IMG/VR virus record: IMGVR_UViG_3300035659_000003
Coordinates: 32,001 to 96,000 of that record
DNA length: 64,000 bases
Reading direction: 5' to 3' (one strand)
Origin: a virus
Position numbers and translations under genes: made by a program. Under the pieces are notes generated by a model that was not told where the DNA came from, ran no database searches, and saw only the letters and a list, made by a program, of their open reading frames with translations. Shown here piece after piece: positions 10,288 to 19,220 of this stretch (the first letter of the stretch is position 1; every line of letters begins with the position of its first letter).

Positions 10288-10372
10288 ACGAAAACAACCT
10301 CCAACGTTGCGCTACACTCCCAGCTATTCGATGCGTAGCATATCATAATGGAGGCAGTTCTGACAGAGCTAC

Positions 10373-10401
10373 AATAACAAAGGGCCGCCCGAAGGCGACC
10401 T
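10373..10401 (-). terminator. intrinsic terminator candidate
   Basis: Minus strand GGTCGCC-TTCG-GGCGGCC followed by CTTTGTTATT. Confidence 0.6.
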
Positions 10402-10512
10402 ATCTCGGCGGAGCATCAAACCGCCCGCCAATCACACAGCGTAGTTGTTCCCCTTACCCACCCTCGGCAGGCATTATGCCCGCCTACTCCGAACAGCCCT
10501 CTCGCGAAGCTG

Positions 10513-10710
10513 CTAAGTTATTGGTGGCTTCCTGTTTTGCCACGCAGTCACGCCCGCCAGGACGGGAGCCATGACCCACAGCAGCAACAGGGCCTCCTCT
10601 GGTACGGCGTAACCCTCGTGTAGAGCGTACAGCAACGCCGCGTAGCCGACTAGCATCGCCCCGAACGGGGCCGCAACGTCCTGTATGATCTGTGCAACGG
10701 CTTGAAACAT
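10513..10710 (-). CDS. small two-TM membrane protein (holin candidate)
   Basis: 65 aa, two hydrophobic segments, basic C-terminus; RBS AAGGAG. Confidence 0.5.
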   Translation of the reverse strand: MFQAVAQIIQDVAAPFGAMLVGYAALLYALHEGYAVPEEALLLLWVMAPVLAGVTAWQNRKPPIT

Positions 10711-10726
10711 AAGTGGTTCTCCTTCA

Positions 10727-10800
10727 TGGTCGGGAGAGGAGGAATTGAACCTCCGCTTCCTGGCCCCAAACCAGGGGTGCTACCGTAACACTTCCCCCCG
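10727..10800 (-). tRNA. tRNA-Pro(UGG)
   Basis: Cloverleaf; anticodon arm CCTGG-TTTGGGG-CCAGG; T-loop TTCAAT; C1-G72; encoded CCA. Confidence 0.9.
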
Positions 10801-10875
10801 TGGTGGACTTGTTCAGACTCGAACTGAAATCTCGCCGCTTGCAGGGCGGCTGCTCGCCCGTTGAGCTACAAGCCC
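10801..10875 (-). tRNA. tRNA-Ala(UGC), with C33
   Basis: Acceptor GGGCTTG/CAAGTCC has the G3-U70 Ala determinant; anticodon arm GCCGC-CCTGCAA-GCGGC; A73 + CCA; directly abuts tRNA-Pro. Confidence 0.88.
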
Positions 10876-11343
10876 GATGATATAGTCCTGCCCAAACCGC
10901 CCCTTCTCCGTGTGGTGTGTTGGGCACAACACCTGCAGATTCTCGATTTCGTTATTAGTGCGGTCGCCGTCAATGTGATCCACCTCGACGCAGATTCCCG
11001 CATAGCCACAAACGCAGCACACCGGCCCGAGCAATCTAAGTGCTCTGTCTCGATAGCTAGCAGCGCCGGTCGTCCTTGCCGCCCCCGCGCGGTAGCCTAA
11101 CCGTCGCGCCTCATCAGAATCCTGACAGGCAGGGCCACAAAAGAAGAAACCAGTCTTGTTACCCTTGATACGACTAGGCATCCGATGAACTGCTGTTCCG
11201 CACACGGAGCAGGGCAGGAAATGGCTCGCACGCACTTGGTGCCACACGCACCGGCATCCCTCCTTGTGAGGATGAGGCCGTCGGGCCATCTCTGGTTGCC
11301 CGCCGTGAAACGGACATTGACACCCTACCTTATGTGCACCCAT
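10813..11343 (-). CDS. HNH endonuclease with N-terminal Cys/His zinc-binding segments
   Basis: CCVCG...EVDHIDGDRTNNEIENLQVLCPTHH HNH motif. Confidence 0.85.
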   Translation of the reverse strand: MGAHKVGCQCPFHGGQPEMARRPHPHKEGCRCVWHQVRASHFLPCSVCGTAVHRMPSRIKGNKTGFFFCGPACQDSDEARRLGYRAGAARTTGAASYRDRALRLLGPVCCVCGYAGICVEVDHIDGDRTNNEIENLQVLCPTHHTEKGRFGQDYIIGLVAQRASSRPASGEISVRV

Positions 11344-11349
11344 TACAAA

Positions 11350-11505
11350 AATAGAAGCCCCGCACTCCCCGCGACCGTCGCCGCAGGTGGCGGCCCCTTG
11401 CAGGGCCTAAAATCGCACCGGCCAGGGTCTCATCATGAGTTGAGGGCCGCCCCTGTGTCCAGCGCGTAACCTTGCCAGGGTGGAACCAGTCCACCCCTGC
11501 AACGG
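11350..11505 (-). ncRNA. candidate structured non-coding RNA/leader
   Basis: About 155-nt interval without a credible ORF after an extended -10 (TGGTATACT); several stems; ends near a T-rich tract. Confidence 0.3.
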
Positions 11506-11507
11506 AC

Positions 11508-11517
11508 AGTATACCAC
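11508..11517 (-). promoter_or_regulatory. extended -10 promoter (TG-N-TATACT)
   Basis: Minus strand GTGGTATACT; the same 10-mer recurs at 61486-61495. Confidence 0.55.
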
Positions 11518-11529
11518 AAGCGCTGGTGC

Positions 11530-11922
11530 CTACAAGGGCTTTTCGTCGGCCTTCCGAACACGCTTCTCAACGCGAGCAACGGACTTCTGCAGGGCCTCCA
11601 TACCGGCGCGCAGGACGTCGAGGTCGGTCTGAATCTCATCCAGGTCTTCGTCGAATTCCTTATCCTCCGCCTCTTCCTCTTCGGCCTGCTCCTCGATGGT
11701 CTCCTCTAGGCGGTGCTGGGCCAGGAGAATAAACGCCGCGAGGAAGATGGCCTCCAGGGATACCACCATCGTCAGCAGGCTATAAGGCCAGGGATCGCCG
11801 AGGCGTCCGCCCAGGACTAGCCAAAGAGTAAACCCCACGATATGCAGGTAGACGAAGAGGGGGCTGCCCGCGAAGCGGGACACCCACAGCGCGAAGCGCG
11901 TCTCCAGATCGTGCAGCCTCAC
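11530..11922 (-). CDS. DUF1003-like membrane protein
   Basis: RFAGSPLFVYLH...DPWPYSLLTMVVSLEAIFLAAFILLAQ signature plus C-terminal coiled coil. Confidence 0.8.
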   Translation of the reverse strand: MRLHDLETRFALWVSRFAGSPLFVYLHIVGFTLWLVLGGRLGDPWPYSLLTMVVSLEAIFLAAFILLAQHRLEETIEEQAEEEEAEDKEFDEDLDEIQTDLDVLRAGMEALQKSVARVEKRVRKADEKPL

Positions 11923-12015
11923 AGCGGCCCCCTCTCTTGACAGGGTGCCCTCCCCCGCCCTGGTGCGTCAAGGGGCCAGGATTTGCCCCACAACGCGGCA
12001 GGATTGGCCCCAGAC

Positions 12016-12672
12016 CTAAGCCTGCGGTGTCCGCGCCCGTGCGTGGATCAAGAACTTCTGCGAGCTTAGGTAATCGTACCCAGGGGGGTCAGTGCCGTAG
12101 CGGATCGTGACCTGACCCTCGTAGAGTCCTGGCGTCCTAAAGACGTATCCGGACTGCAGCGCCACGTGGCCCTGTAGTGAGTTTAGAATCTGGCAGGGCG
12201 CGCTAGTCAAGAGCTTCGTGCCCTTGTAGCGCGAGACGTAAACCGTCACCAACGTGAGAACCTGAAGCTGGACATTTGAATCGTCCGAGTGCAGCGCGAT
12301 GGACGTGCCCTCCTGCGCGCGATCAGCCGTGAAGACATCGCCTGCGCGAAGCGTCACGAGCAGGGTCTCGGAACCGATAGACACGCGGTAAGGAGTCGCG
12401 GGTGGCGGAGTCGCCAGCGGGAAGAGCGTGCCCTGTCCGGCGTGCAGGCTGAAGACGACGGGGTCGTCAACGTCGTTCATCGGGCCGTCGAGCTGACCGG
12501 AGATCGCAGTAGGAGGCTCCAGGTCGACGTACCCGCCGTCGTCGTAGACTAGCCAAATGTCAAGGTCAGGCAGCGTATCCCCGACCCACACCGTGAGCGG
12601 GCCAGCGAAAGAGGCCAGTAGCTCTCGAGTCGTCTGATAGTCCATTGTCATTATGTTACCCTCCAGGGCCAA
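12016..12672 (-). CDS. baseplate upper protein (BppU)-like tail protein with inserted module
   Basis: VGDTLPDL...GLYEGQVTIRY frame; internal module shared with the N-terminus of the 16073..18130 fibre. Confidence 0.5.
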   Translation of the reverse strand: MALEGNIMTMDYQTTRELLASFAGPLTVWVGDTLPDLDIWLVYDDGGYVDLEPPTAISGQLDGPMNDVDDPVVFSLHAGQGTLFPLATPPPATPYRVSIGSETLLVTLRAGDVFTADRAQEGTSIALHSDDSNVQLQVLTLVTVYVSRYKGTKLLTSAPCQILNSLQGHVALQSGYVFRTPGLYEGQVTIRYGTDPPGYDYLSSQKFLIHARARTPQA

Positions 12673-14650
12673 TCACGCGCAGGCGAAGTCTGCCGTGTCC
12701 TACCAGCAGCCGCAAGGCCGCCAGAACCAGCGCCGCCGTCGAGTACGAAGCCGTATCTAGCCCTGCGCCGGTGTCCGCTAGCGTGATCAAAATCCGTGCA
12801 ACCTCGGCGCTCACACCGGCGTCCGTCAGGAACAGCCGGATGTCCGCATACTCCGCGCCAGTGCCCGCCTCCAAGACCTGCTTGCTTGCGAACCCGACGA
12901 TCTCCGCTGCCGCGCCGACCTCTGTGGCGTAGTGAAGGATCGCCGCAACATCTGTACCGGAGCCTGGATCGTTGAAGAGCAGCAAGAGCCCGTAGGTGTC
13001 CACGCCCGCGCCCGCTTCTGCAACAGGCAGGTTGAGGAGCAGTGCGTCGGCTCCGCTGCCGACCTCGGCGGCGAAAATCCACGGGATATAGGGCGGAGGG
13101 CCTTCGTCTCCCACCCCAACATCGGTGGTAAGGACACCAGGCATGAACTCAAGCTCTACGCCGAGGCCGTACTCCAGCAGGGTGGCAGGGAGGATGTTCG
13201 CTAGGGCTTCGGTGCCCACGCCAGTCTCGAAGAGTTCCCACAGCTTGTCGTAGATCTCTATGCCGAGACCCACGTCGTCTAGCAGCAGGTTGAGGAGCAA
13301 CACGTCTAGCCCAGAACCCGCCTCAACTAGGGGCAGGATAAGCTGCATGCTATCGGCACCAGCGCCAGACTCCGGCGTTAGCGAGACAACCCCCAGCATC
13401 GAAACTGCATCAAGGCCCTCCCCCAGCTCCGTGGCAGGCCGCGTAGTTATCAGGGGCAGGGTGCCCGTGTAAACGCAGTTCGGCCCCCCGACCGCGTCGG
13501 TCTGGCTCCAGGCGATCATATAGATAGCACCTGGCAAGCTGTTGCTAGGTGTGTTAATCCAGTCCCACTCCTCGCCGGTCGCGTCCTCTTGGTAGAGGAA
13601 TAGCGCGGCCCAGTTCTGCTCCGTTGCCCAGTAAATGGTGCGGGTGACCGCGCCGTCGTCGCGTATCCAGTACATCCGGTAGTAGTAACCGTCCCAGGTG
13701 ATATCGGCTGAGAGCGTCCCGTCCAGCACGCAGACCTGCGTCGGGCCGGACAGCAAGGTGCCGTCTACTCCGTACTTGCGGAAGTAGGGCGTCTCGTTAT
13801 AGATATAGCACACCCCGACGTCGAGGGCCGCATACGTATTGCCCGACAGAGAAAAGCCCTCGCTCTCGTCCGCCACCCACTGCTCGATGCTGGTGTAGAC
13901 GACGGCGCTTGAGCCCCAGGCCACGTCAGTCGCCTTGTAGAGAACCAGCGAGCCGCCCGCGCGGGCGAGAACGAAGGTATAGGCACCCACCTGAATCATC
14001 GACGCCTTGTCGCTACCGCTTGCGGGTAGGACGTTCGGCGTCTCAACCGCGTTCTGCAGCGTCCATGGGGCCTGCGCGGTGAACTGTGCCCAGTCCCGTG
14101 TCGTGGCGGTCTTGCGAAGAGCGAGAACCTGTAGCTTGCCGTCTGCCGCGCCGGACAAGACCGCGTTTCGGTAGCCCGCAGCCAGCGCACCAAAGGAGAG
14201 CGCGATCTCGTTGCTCACTCGCCAGACAGGACTGGCGGTGTAGGTGAGGGTGCGATACCAGACGTCGTCACCCAGGGTCGGGTCGCCCCACCTACTGTAG
14301 ACGACATGGATGTCATTGGTAACGGGATCAGCAACAGCAGAGGCGTAAACGTCCGTGCGAGAGCTGATTAGCGCAGGGGCTGTCCACGTAGCGCCGTAGT
14401 CAACGGTGACAGAATACATCAGCCCCGCCGCGCCCTCTTGGTAGATCACCATCATGGCGAAGGGCGTGGCAATACAGATGGGCGAGTAGGGATGCGCGGT
14501 CGCCTTTTGGCTTGCCGAGGTGTCAACGCAGGTAACAAGCGCGTCGCCCCAGATCGCGGGGATATCAAGACCGGAACCGGCGTCCGCCGCCCCAAGTTCC
14601 GAGGTCTCCCAGGCGTCTAGGAAGTATCTATCTAGGTATGAGGTGTCCAT
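12656..14650 (-). CDS. tail/receptor-binding protein (Asp-box beta-propeller-like N-terminus, repetitive C-terminal stalk)
   Basis: SVTVDYGATW Asp-box-like motif; many ~16-17-aa E/D-x-G-x-G-x-D/E repeats in the C-terminal 250 aa. Confidence 0.6.
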   Translation of the reverse strand: MDTSYLDRYFLDAWETSELGAADAGSGLDIPAIWGDALVTCVDTSASQKATAHPYSPICIATPFAMMVIYQEGAAGLMYSVTVDYGATWTAPALISSRTDVYASAVADPVTNDIHVVYSRWGDPTLGDDVWYRTLTYTASPVWRVSNEIALSFGALAAGYRNAVLSGAADGKLQVLALRKTATTRDWAQFTAQAPWTLQNAVETPNVLPASGSDKASMIQVGAYTFVLARAGGSLVLYKATDVAWGSSAVVYTSIEQWVADESEGFSLSGNTYAALDVGVCYIYNETPYFRKYGVDGTLLSGPTQVCVLDGTLSADITWDGYYYRMYWIRDDGAVTRTIYWATEQNWAALFLYQEDATGEEWDWINTPSNSLPGAIYMIAWSQTDAVGGPNCVYTGTLPLITTRPATELGEGLDAVSMLGVVSLTPESGAGADSMQLILPLVEAGSGLDVLLLNLLLDDVGLGIEIYDKLWELFETGVGTEALANILPATLLEYGLGVELEFMPGVLTTDVGVGDEGPPPYIPWIFAAEVGSGADALLLNLPVAEAGAGVDTYGLLLLFNDPGSGTDVAAILHYATEVGAAAEIVGFASKQVLEAGTGAEYADIRLFLTDAGVSAEVARILITLADTGAGLDTASYSTAALVLAALRLLVGHGRLRLRVIGPGG

Positions 14651-14781
14651 CGTGAGCCTGCTCTAGCCTTTTCGCTTTCTCTACAGCTATGCGCCAGAGC
14701 AGCTTCACAGATGCACCATCCGTCTTGTGCGACAGCCTTTTGCGCCGCTGCTCTTCGCGACGCTCTCCTTTAGTCTCATCC

Positions 14782-15813
14782 CTATTCAACATAGGGGGCC
14801 ACCTTCAGGCTGCCGAGAACGGCCTCCAGAACTGGCACCGCACCCTTCAGACGGGTCTCGTAGTCGCGGATGCGCTGTAGCCGCTTGTCGGCCTTGACGC
14901 TAAGGGTTTTCAGTTGTGCGGCGGTTGCGTCCTGCAGTCGCTGAAGCTGGGCGATCTGATCGCTAGCTCCGCGCAGCCTGCCGTAAGCCGCGAGCAGTTC
15001 CTCGTTCATTTTCGCCAGCTTCTGCTCGCAGGTCTCGACCAGCACGCCGGTGTCGGCTTGCGCGATAATATCCCAGTTAGCCTGTGCAGTAACCCCACGC
15101 CGCCACAAGGATGTGCCGCCCCAGCCCATAGGGTCTTGCGAGCCCGCCAACTGCACCGCGCGCTCTAGTCCCTTGCGGAACCGCGCAGGGTCGTCGTCGT
15201 TACCAGGCAAGGCGAACACGACGGTCTTACCGTAATACTGCAGCCGCTCCCAGGTATGCTCGACCTCCCAGACGGGATCGGTGCCGAACGTGTCCCAGTA
15301 GTCCTGGGGCACCAGGCAGTTGACGTAGGGGAGCCACTCGTCGATGTGTATCTCCGCCATGTGATCAACGGTGTAGCCTCCGTAGGTTCCGTAACGAGGA
15401 TCGAAGGAGAGGCTGATCCAGGCGTCAGGACAGGCCGCACGGATCGCCTGCATGTACGGGTGCAGGTTAGACCACGGCCCCGTCCAGAAATACTGGTAGG
15501 GCTCAACGTCCAGGATGAGCCGGTTGCCGCCCGCGCGGATCACCTCGATAGCGATTGCAGCCTCGGCAGCAGGGTCTAGCCCCTTCGGAACGCACCACGG
15601 AGAGAACAGGATGCCCTGATTCCCGTAGACGGTTTTCAGGTGCGCGACCGAGGCGGCGTTTTTCGGCGCGGCGGGGTGGTTAGAAAACGCGGACATATAG
15701 GACACCCCATCGTGTGTCTTGACCCAGACCTCTCCGATAGGAAGTTTGGCGTCGTCCCCCTCTACCCCAGGGTAGTCACTCTCGAGCTGCCACACCCACG
15801 CGCGTGTCTTCAT
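14782..15813 (-). CDS. probable endolysin (glycoside hydrolase TIM-barrel, GH25-like) with C-terminal coiled coil
   Basis: VWVKTHDG, LILDVEPY, PQDYW motifs; coiled coil tail. Confidence 0.6.
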   Translation of the reverse strand: MKTRAWVWQLESDYPGVEGDDAKLPIGEVWVKTHDGVSYMSAFSNHPAAPKNAASVAHLKTVYGNQGILFSPWCVPKGLDPAAEAAIAIEVIRAGGNRLILDVEPYQYFWTGPWSNLHPYMQAIRAACPDAWISLSFDPRYGTYGGYTVDHMAEIHIDEWLPYVNCLVPQDYWDTFGTDPVWEVEHTWERLQYYGKTVVFALPGNDDDPARFRKGLERAVQLAGSQDPMGWGGTSLWRRGVTAQANWDIIAQADTGVLVETCEQKLAKMNEELLAAYGRLRGASDQIAQLQRLQDATAAQLKTLSVKADKRLQRIRDYETRLKGAVPVLEAVLGSLKVAPYVE

Positions 15814-15820
15814 GTGCTGC

Positions 15821-16039
15821 CTAGCCCTTCGGCCCCTCCATCTCGCGGATGCGGTTCTGCAGCGTGAGAATGATCAGTTGCTGCCGACGGTTTTCCTTCG
15901 CCTGCTGCATGATCAGGATCGCCTGGTTGCCCAGGAACATCTGAATCTCCTCCAGGGTCAGGCCTGGCAGGGCTGGCCCCTCCTGCGGAACGGGTGCCTC
16001 TGGCACCGGAATCTCTTGTGGCTTCTTCTTGCTGCTCAT
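15821..16039 (-). CDS. small coiled-coil protein
   Basis: 72 aa; strong RBS AAGGAGG and TATAAT upstream (about 16061-16066). Confidence 0.6.
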   Translation of the reverse strand: MSSKKKPQEIPVPEAPVPQEGPALPGLTLEEIQMFLGNQAILIMQQAKENRRQQLIILTLQNRIREMEGPKG

Positions 16040-16072
16040 AGCTAGTGCCTCCTTACTACGATTATACCCTAT

Positions 16073-18130
16073 TTAGCGTGTCAGGCCACGGATATACAAG
16101 TCCATTACATCCACGGTGAGAGTCGTGCCAGTACCGGCGGCGGCTCGAACATAGCATGTCGGCGTCACTGGTTGGGTTGGCATAGCTACGTTATGCGTCA
16201 CCTCGCCTGCTGCATCGAGAGTAAGGCCGACGCTCCCTGCAGTGATACGACGAATCCTGATCTTATGCCACGCGGTGTCTATCGGCACGCCAGTGTTGGT
16301 TCGGGTACTATCCACGCCGCCCGCGCGCGTGGTTAGATAGAAGTTCGCGTCGGCGGCACGTTTCTCGATAAAGTGACCGTCGGTTGGGGGCTCGCCCGCA
16401 GGGTCGCGACAGAGCCCTAGCCGAACACACGCATCTGCCGTGTTCCACGGCGCAAACACGAAGGTGATGTCGAAGTAATCCGTAATTGCCAGAGGGTGGT
16501 TGCTAGAGTTATACAGGGCGATCGCCCCATAGTTTCCAGTCCCCGCCGCGATGCTCATATAGAACTGCCCAGGGTGATTAGCGCCGCCGCTGAGGTTGTT
16601 AACAGTGGCACCAACCTGTATCAATGACCAGTTAAGCTCTCCGATGCCGATGGCGGAGGTGCCGCCCATAAACTCATCAAACAAATGAGAGTCAGCGATG
16701 CTGGGGCCAGCAGTGTTGCCCGCACCCAGGGCCACCCACGCCCCATTGACGCGCGCGTGTACGCCAGGAACGTCCGAGTCGTAGAGGATCATCCCGTTAA
16801 CTGCGGTCAGCGCGCCGCGCTGGGCGGTAGTCATGCGGTTCAGTAGAAGCGCACCCGTGGTGGACTGCAGCTCCAGCGTCGCGCTCGTCGCGGGATCGGC
16901 GTCCGCGCCGATTAGCGCGCGCCCGATCAGCCTAGAAATCAGCGCCACGTGCAGTGCGTCATCGGTTTTGAGGACGTTTGCCGCCGAGCGGTAGAGAGTC
17001 GTATCCAGCGCTGCCGCGCCCCCCGCGCCGAAGCTAACGCTCAAGTGCGAGATCTGAACCTTGGGGTTCGCCTCCCCAAGCACATGACCTGCGATCACTG
17101 TGGTACCAGCCGCCAGCGAATGGGTGATGGGGGCCTGTATCGCGATGTTGTTGCTGGCGTTCAGGCCCAGAAGAAGAACGTCAGCGGCACCAGCGAAGTT
17201 GCGTGCGTAGATGTACTGCGCGTTAGGGATACGAATAAGTCCTACCGTGGCCGGAGTCGTGCCGAGCTGAAGGTCGTCGGGGGTCGCCAGGACATTTGCG
17301 GCGGCCCGATACAGCCTGACGTCTACTGCGCTTGCGCCGCCTGCGCCGAACTGGATCTGCCCATGCTCGATGGTCGTCTTGGGATTAGCCTCAGCAGCGA
17401 CATAGGCAGAAAAGGCAACAGTACCACCGATCGCCCCCAGCATCCGGTGGGCGATGGGGGCCTCCATGTGGATTTCGTTGGAGACGTTCAGGCCGAGAAG
17501 GATGACGTTAAAGACGTTAGCCTGCTCGCGGGCCTGGATGTACTGAACGTTAGGAAGGCGAATCTTGCCCGCCGTCGCGGGGGTCGTGCCTAGCTGAAAG
17601 TCGTCCGGCGTAGTCAGTAGGTTTGCGCCACCACGCCCGATCTCTGTGTCGGCGGCAACCGCGCCCGTACCCCAGGCAATCTTCTCCTCCGTCCAGTAGG
17701 AGCGATCCTCTGCGTCGGCCCCGATCCGGCGTGCGATATGGACTCCGGCAGCCAGCGTCCACGTCCACTTGGCAGAGATGGTTTCGGCCTCGTCGATGAA
17801 CGCGCCCGTGACCTCGACGTAGTTGACCGCCACCTGCAGCTCGCTGAATAGTTGAGAGGTGGTATGAAGCTGAACAACCGAGCCGTTCACATGCACCGCG
17901 ATAACCGTGCCCTCGTCGGCGCGTGTGGCTGTGAGCACATCACCTACACGGTTTGTGACGTGTAGGATTTCATCGTTGATGGTGATGTGGAAAGGAAAGA
18001 CTGCCGGAAAGAACGCGCCCTCGCCAGCGTTAAGGGTGACGATGACGGGATCGTCGACGTTGTTTATCCCGCCAAGGAGCGTGCCGGTAGAGCGGTTCTT
18101 AGTCTTATGGAAGATCGTTGCTGCGGGCAT
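16073..18130 (-). CDS. tail fibre protein
   Basis: 685 aa, A/G/T-rich; internal ~100-aa duplication (TPDD[FL]QLGTTPAT...); LELQSTTGALLLNRMTTAQR...GMILYDSD fibre motif; lectin-like C-terminus. Confidence 0.75.
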   Translation of the reverse strand: MPAATIFHKTKNRSTGTLLGGINNVDDPVIVTLNAGEGAFFPAVFPFHITINDEILHVTNRVGDVLTATRADEGTVIAVHVNGSVVQLHTTSQLFSELQVAVNYVEVTGAFIDEAETISAKWTWTLAAGVHIARRIGADAEDRSYWTEEKIAWGTGAVAADTEIGRGGANLLTTPDDFQLGTTPATAGKIRLPNVQYIQAREQANVFNVILLGLNVSNEIHMEAPIAHRMLGAIGGTVAFSAYVAAEANPKTTIEHGQIQFGAGGASAVDVRLYRAAANVLATPDDLQLGTTPATVGLIRIPNAQYIYARNFAGAADVLLLGLNASNNIAIQAPITHSLAAGTTVIAGHVLGEANPKVQISHLSVSFGAGGAAALDTTLYRSAANVLKTDDALHVALISRLIGRALIGADADPATSATLELQSTTGALLLNRMTTAQRGALTAVNGMILYDSDVPGVHARVNGAWVALGAGNTAGPSIADSHLFDEFMGGTSAIGIGELNWSLIQVGATVNNLSGGANHPGQFYMSIAAGTGNYGAIALYNSSNHPLAITDYFDITFVFAPWNTADACVRLGLCRDPAGEPPTDGHFIEKRAADANFYLTTRAGGVDSTRTNTGVPIDTAWHKIRIRRITAGSVGLTLDAAGEVTHNVAMPTQPVTPTCYVRAAAGTGTTLTVDVMDLYIRGLTR

Positions 18131-18216
18131 CCTACCACACTCCTCGTGCTAGGGTAATAGGGATGATAGGGGCGGGTCAGAGCAACCCTGTAGCGAAGTC
18201 CGCCCCTGCACGCCTC

Positions 18217-18738
18217 TTACGAAATTGTGATGCTGAGGGTCAGCGTCCAGCTCGCGCCCGCCGCCTTGGTGCCCAGACCACCGGCGGGAACCAGGTGGTT
18301 CAACATGGCCGAGGCCGGAGGAGCATTCCCGTTGAAGCACCCGATCTCGTTCCACACGTAGTTCGCGTCTCCTGCGCCGAAGGTGCTGCGGAAGGTGATA
18401 ACCGTAGTAACCACCTGTGGATAAGCGACGTCCTGTATGATGTAGGTCTTGCTGGGGCCGTTGATGTCGGTGTCGCCAGGTGCCGCAGCGCCCGCGCCGT
18501 TGCCGACGGCCAGGTAGGTGTTCCCGTTGGCGAACGCCGTGCCTACAGCGCCCATAAGCAAGTCCAGCAACACGTTGATGCCAACGTTGCACAGCAGGTT
18601 GCCGTCCTTCTCGATGACTTCATAAGGCTTAACCGTGGAGAGGAACTTCTCCAGGTCGCCGTCGAAATCCGCCTTGTCGCCCCAGCGCTTCTCAAGCCGC
18701 CAGTGTGCGCGCCAGTTGCCCTTGTCCGTTTGCTCCAT
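18217..18738 (-). CDS. minor tail/structural protein
   Basis: Start MEQTDKG with RBS AGGAG; NLLCNVG...YLAVGNG...FGAGDANYVWNEIG...WTLTLSIT pattern. Confidence 0.65.
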   Translation of the reverse strand: MEQTDKGNWRAHWRLEKRWGDKADFDGDLEKFLSTVKPYEVIEKDGNLLCNVGINVLLDLLMGAVGTAFANGNTYLAVGNGAGAAAPGDTDINGPSKTYIIQDVAYPQVVTTVITFRSTFGAGDANYVWNEIGCFNGNAPPASAMLNHLVPAGGLGTKAAGASWTLTLSITIS

Positions 18739-18782
18739 TGTAGACCTCACTCCTGCTCGTTCTCGGCCCCTAGCGTGCTCAC

Positions 18783-19067
18783 CTAAGCTGGCCACGGGAG
18801 ACCGGCTTCCGCCGCTTCCTTCTTCAGCGCGCGGATGCGAGTCGTTATCTCGATTGCCCGCTGGCGCTGTGCCGCCACCTCCGGCGGAACGTTCCTGAAT
18901 GCTGGGTCGCTTGGATTGCTCAGATAAGCGCACTCTGAGCTGCAGTAGACCTTGCCTAGCACCGTGATGGGATGATCCACCTGACGCTCGCACAAGTCGT
19001 TATCGCAGACGTGCACCCCGTCGCACCCTGGCCGACCACATTCCTTGCAGTGTACCCGCTCAACCAT
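18783..19067 (-). CDS. zinc-finger protein
   Basis: CKECGRPGCDGVH, CDNDLC, YCSSEC; RBS AGGAGGGGAG. Confidence 0.6.
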   Translation of the reverse strand: MVERVHCKECGRPGCDGVHVCDNDLCERQVDHPITVLGKVYCSSECAYLSNPSDPAFRNVPPEVAAQRQRAIEITTRIRALKKEAAEAGLPWPA

Positions 19068-19155
19068 GTCTTGCTCCCCTCCTGTGAGGATGTCTCTTCT
19101 CGCTACCCTTGTGCAGCTATCATACGACAACACCGGCGGTAGACGAAGGGCTCAC

Positions 19156-19186
19156 AAAACGCCCGCGACCCGCCGAAGCGGGCCGC
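19156..19186 (-). terminator. intrinsic terminator candidate closing the accessory block
   Basis: Minus strand GCGGCCCGC-TTCG-GCGGGTCGC then GGGCGTTTT. Confidence 0.5.
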
Positions 19187-19220
19187 AAAGCGGAAAGGTG
19201 AGATGCAGAAACTGTCTAGG

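Noticed and set aside
10402-10510. Several hairpins between the small membrane gene and the terminator as an ncRNA
   Set aside because: Short GC-rich stems with no own promoter; a structured 3' UTR explains them.
10801-10875. Reading this tRNA as Cys(GCA)
   Set aside because: Stem register places UGC at 34-36, and G3-U70 with A73 are alanine determinants.
11350-11505. Assignment as 6S RNA, tmRNA or a known riboswitch
   Set aside because: No symmetric central bubble, no tRNA-like ends and no recognisable aptamer consensus; kept only as an unassigned candidate.
16073-18130. Diversity-generating retroelement target in the fibre gene
   Set aside because: No reverse transcriptase and no template/variable repeat pair with adenine-specific differences in the window.
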